This document shows positions 62,496-64,000 of a DNA stretch of 64,000 nucleotides, piece after piece; within the stretch, counting starts at the first letter, position 1; each line of letters begins with the position of its first letter. The notes under the pieces are model-generated. The model was not told the origin of the DNA and did no database searches. It saw nothing but the letters and a program-made list of their open reading frames with translations. Source of the stretch: Nitrospirota bacterium (GTDB lineage: Bacteria > Nitrospirota > Nitrospiria > Nitrospirales > Nitrospiraceae); assembly GCA_963701855.1 (NCBI GenBank), contig CAVPBK010000006.1:128001-192000 (forward strand). Reading direction: 5' to 3'. The translations under genes were made by a program, and so were the position numbers.

Positions 62496-62853
62496 CCAAA
62501 TCAACGTCATCCCCCTCGTGGACGTCATGCTGGTCCTGTTGGTCATCGTGCTGACTACCGCCACCTTTATCAGCAGCGGACAAATTCCGGTCAATTTGGC
62601 AAAAGCGAAGGAAGTCGGCAATCGTAAAGAGGCTCCCATTGTCATCACCCTGACTGCCGATGGCGCACTCTTTCTCAACAACCGCGCCGTTCTTGAAGGA
62701 GGGCTCCAGGGAGCACTGGCTGCGGAACCTCGTGAGTCGTCGGTGATCGTGCGGGCGGATAAAGTCACCCTCCTCGAACGATTCGTGTCCGTGGTCGATG
62801 AAGTGCGTGGTTTGGGATTCCAACAAGTCAGTCTAGAGGTCATTCGACTGTGA
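62479..62853 (+). CDS. exbD: ExbD
   Basis: INVIPLVDVMLVLL. Confidence 0.92.
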   Translation: MQRDIDQINVIPLVDVMLVLLVIVLTTATFISSGQIPVNLAKAKEVGNRKEAPIVITLTADGALFLNNRAVLEGGLQGALAAEPRESSVIVRADKVTLLERFVSVVDEVRGLGFQQVSLEVIRL

Positions 62854-63761
62854 TCACTACTGGGCCATATCGCTCCGTAAACCATAAGGAAGCTCACGTC
62901 CAGGGATGGCTCGTCTCCATCCTCTTGCATGGCACCATGGCGCTCGCAGCAATTCTGTTTGTGAAACAAGTCCAACTCGCGCCACAGGACGAGGCCTTCA
63001 AGTGGAACGTTGCCATGGTATCGCCTCTACAATCGGTTCAGCCAACGACATCATCCCCGAACCAAGTCCCGTCTCGGTCCATTCCACCGCCGGCTTCGAC
63101 TCCCCCACCTCCCATGCAGCAACCTGCGTCGGCACAGATGCTTCCAGCGCCCCAGCCGTTTTCGCAACAGACGAGGCCTTCGATTTCTGAGCGGACCAGT
63201 GCCGCGGTGATGACTGAATCTTCCGCACCGACCCCAACACAATCGGCTGAGCCGATCAAACATGAGACTGTGACACCGATGGTCGCCGAGTCTACATCCA
63301 CTGTGAAACCGGCCGACGCGCCGACAGCAGTCCCTGCGGAGCCTGCTGCCCAGACGGAACCAACGAGCGCGCCGCCTGCAATCCTTGAACAGACCGCACA
63401 ATCTGACGCGGCTCCGGCACCAACACAAATGGCAGCCATCTCCTCTACACCATCAAACGCGCCGAAGAAACGCGACTACGGATGGCTCTCTGAGACGATT
63501 TTACGTCGTGTGGAAGAACTCAAACGCTACCCCGCCTCAGCTCGGGTGGATCGAGCCGAGGGGAAAGTTGTGGTGAAGGCCATGATCGACGAGGATGGGA
63601 GCATCGGTGAAGTGGAAGTTTTTCAGAGTTCGGGACATCCCGGCCTCGACAAAGCTGCGATTGAAACTCTGCGACAGGCAGCCCCGTTCCACTTACCTCG
63701 TCCATTAGGACAGCCGCACATGACGATCAAGATTCCCATGAGCTATCGATTGGACCGGTAG
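62850..63761 (+). CDS. tonB: TonB
   Basis: SILLH TM anchor, Pro-rich linker, YPASAR..EG.V..SSG..LD. Confidence 0.9.
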   Translation: MITTGPYRSVNHKEAHVQGWLVSILLHGTMALAAILFVKQVQLAPQDEAFKWNVAMVSPLQSVQPTTSSPNQVPSRSIPPPASTPPPPMQQPASAQMLPAPQPFSQQTRPSISERTSAAVMTESSAPTPTQSAEPIKHETVTPMVAESTSTVKPADAPTAVPAEPAAQTEPTSAPPAILEQTAQSDAAPAPTQMAAISSTPSNAPKKRDYGWLSETILRRVEELKRYPASARVDRAEGKVVVKAMIDEDGSIGEVEVFQSSGHPGLDKAAIETLRQAAPFHLPRPLGQPHMTIKIPMSYRLDR

Positions 63762-63788
63762 CTCGAAGGAGGAACGGAACGCATCCGG

Positions 63789-64000
63789 CTAGGGTACGCG
63801 AATCCGCTGCCTCAAGCCGGAGGAGACCAGCATGTGACCATCTTGGTCGACAATGATGGCTTCGACATCCGGCAACTGTTCGACCAATTCCATGCCTCGC
63901 GCCGGCCCCATTACAAAGATACCTGTATCGAGTCCATCGGCCCAAACCCCTTCACGAGCAATCACTGTGACACTCTGGCAACTGCGCGCTGGTTGAAGCG
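63789..64000 (-). CDS. apbE: FAD:protein FMN transferase, 3' end (not in the ORF track)
   Basis: LQPARSCQSVTVIAREGVWADGLDTGIFVMGPARGMELVEQLPDVEAIIVD...RVP*. Confidence 0.85.
   Translation of the reverse strand, partial: LQPARSCQSVTVIAREGVWADGLDTGIFVMGPARGMELVEQLPDVEAIIVDQDGHMLVSSGLRQRIRVP

Noticed and set aside
62064..63761. exbBD-tonB without a TonB-dependent receptor as a novel system
   Set aside because: Receptors are commonly encoded elsewhere; this is an ordinary iron-uptake locus

Overview
Bacterial chromosome segment, probably Nitrospira-like (inferred from gene content and intergenic repeat style, not verified). The backbone is housekeeping: pgk-tpiA-secG, ilvE, rplU-rpmA-obgE-proB-nadD-rsfS-lapB-bioB, ABC exporters, pyrD, comF, uppP, lspA-ileS, nadA, TPP-riboswitch thiC/thi4, phoD, carboxypeptidase M32, a fur/Fe3+-ABC/exbBD-tonB block and the 3' end of apbE. 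Two accessory islets interrupt it. The first (about 10.4-13.1 kb) is a decayed restriction-modification/Fic islet. The second (about 44.7-52.2 kb) is a decayed integron with an intI 3' relic and a clear attC. It carries a DUF262 + HEPN cassette whose HEPN protein ends in an EF-Tu/U32-like beta-barrel, a three-gene OB-fold + 2x DUF488 unit, toxin-less TA modules, and three copies of the 3' end of a small resident gene. Intergenic DNA holds at least four families of short palindromic repeats, several with compensatory changes in their arms.
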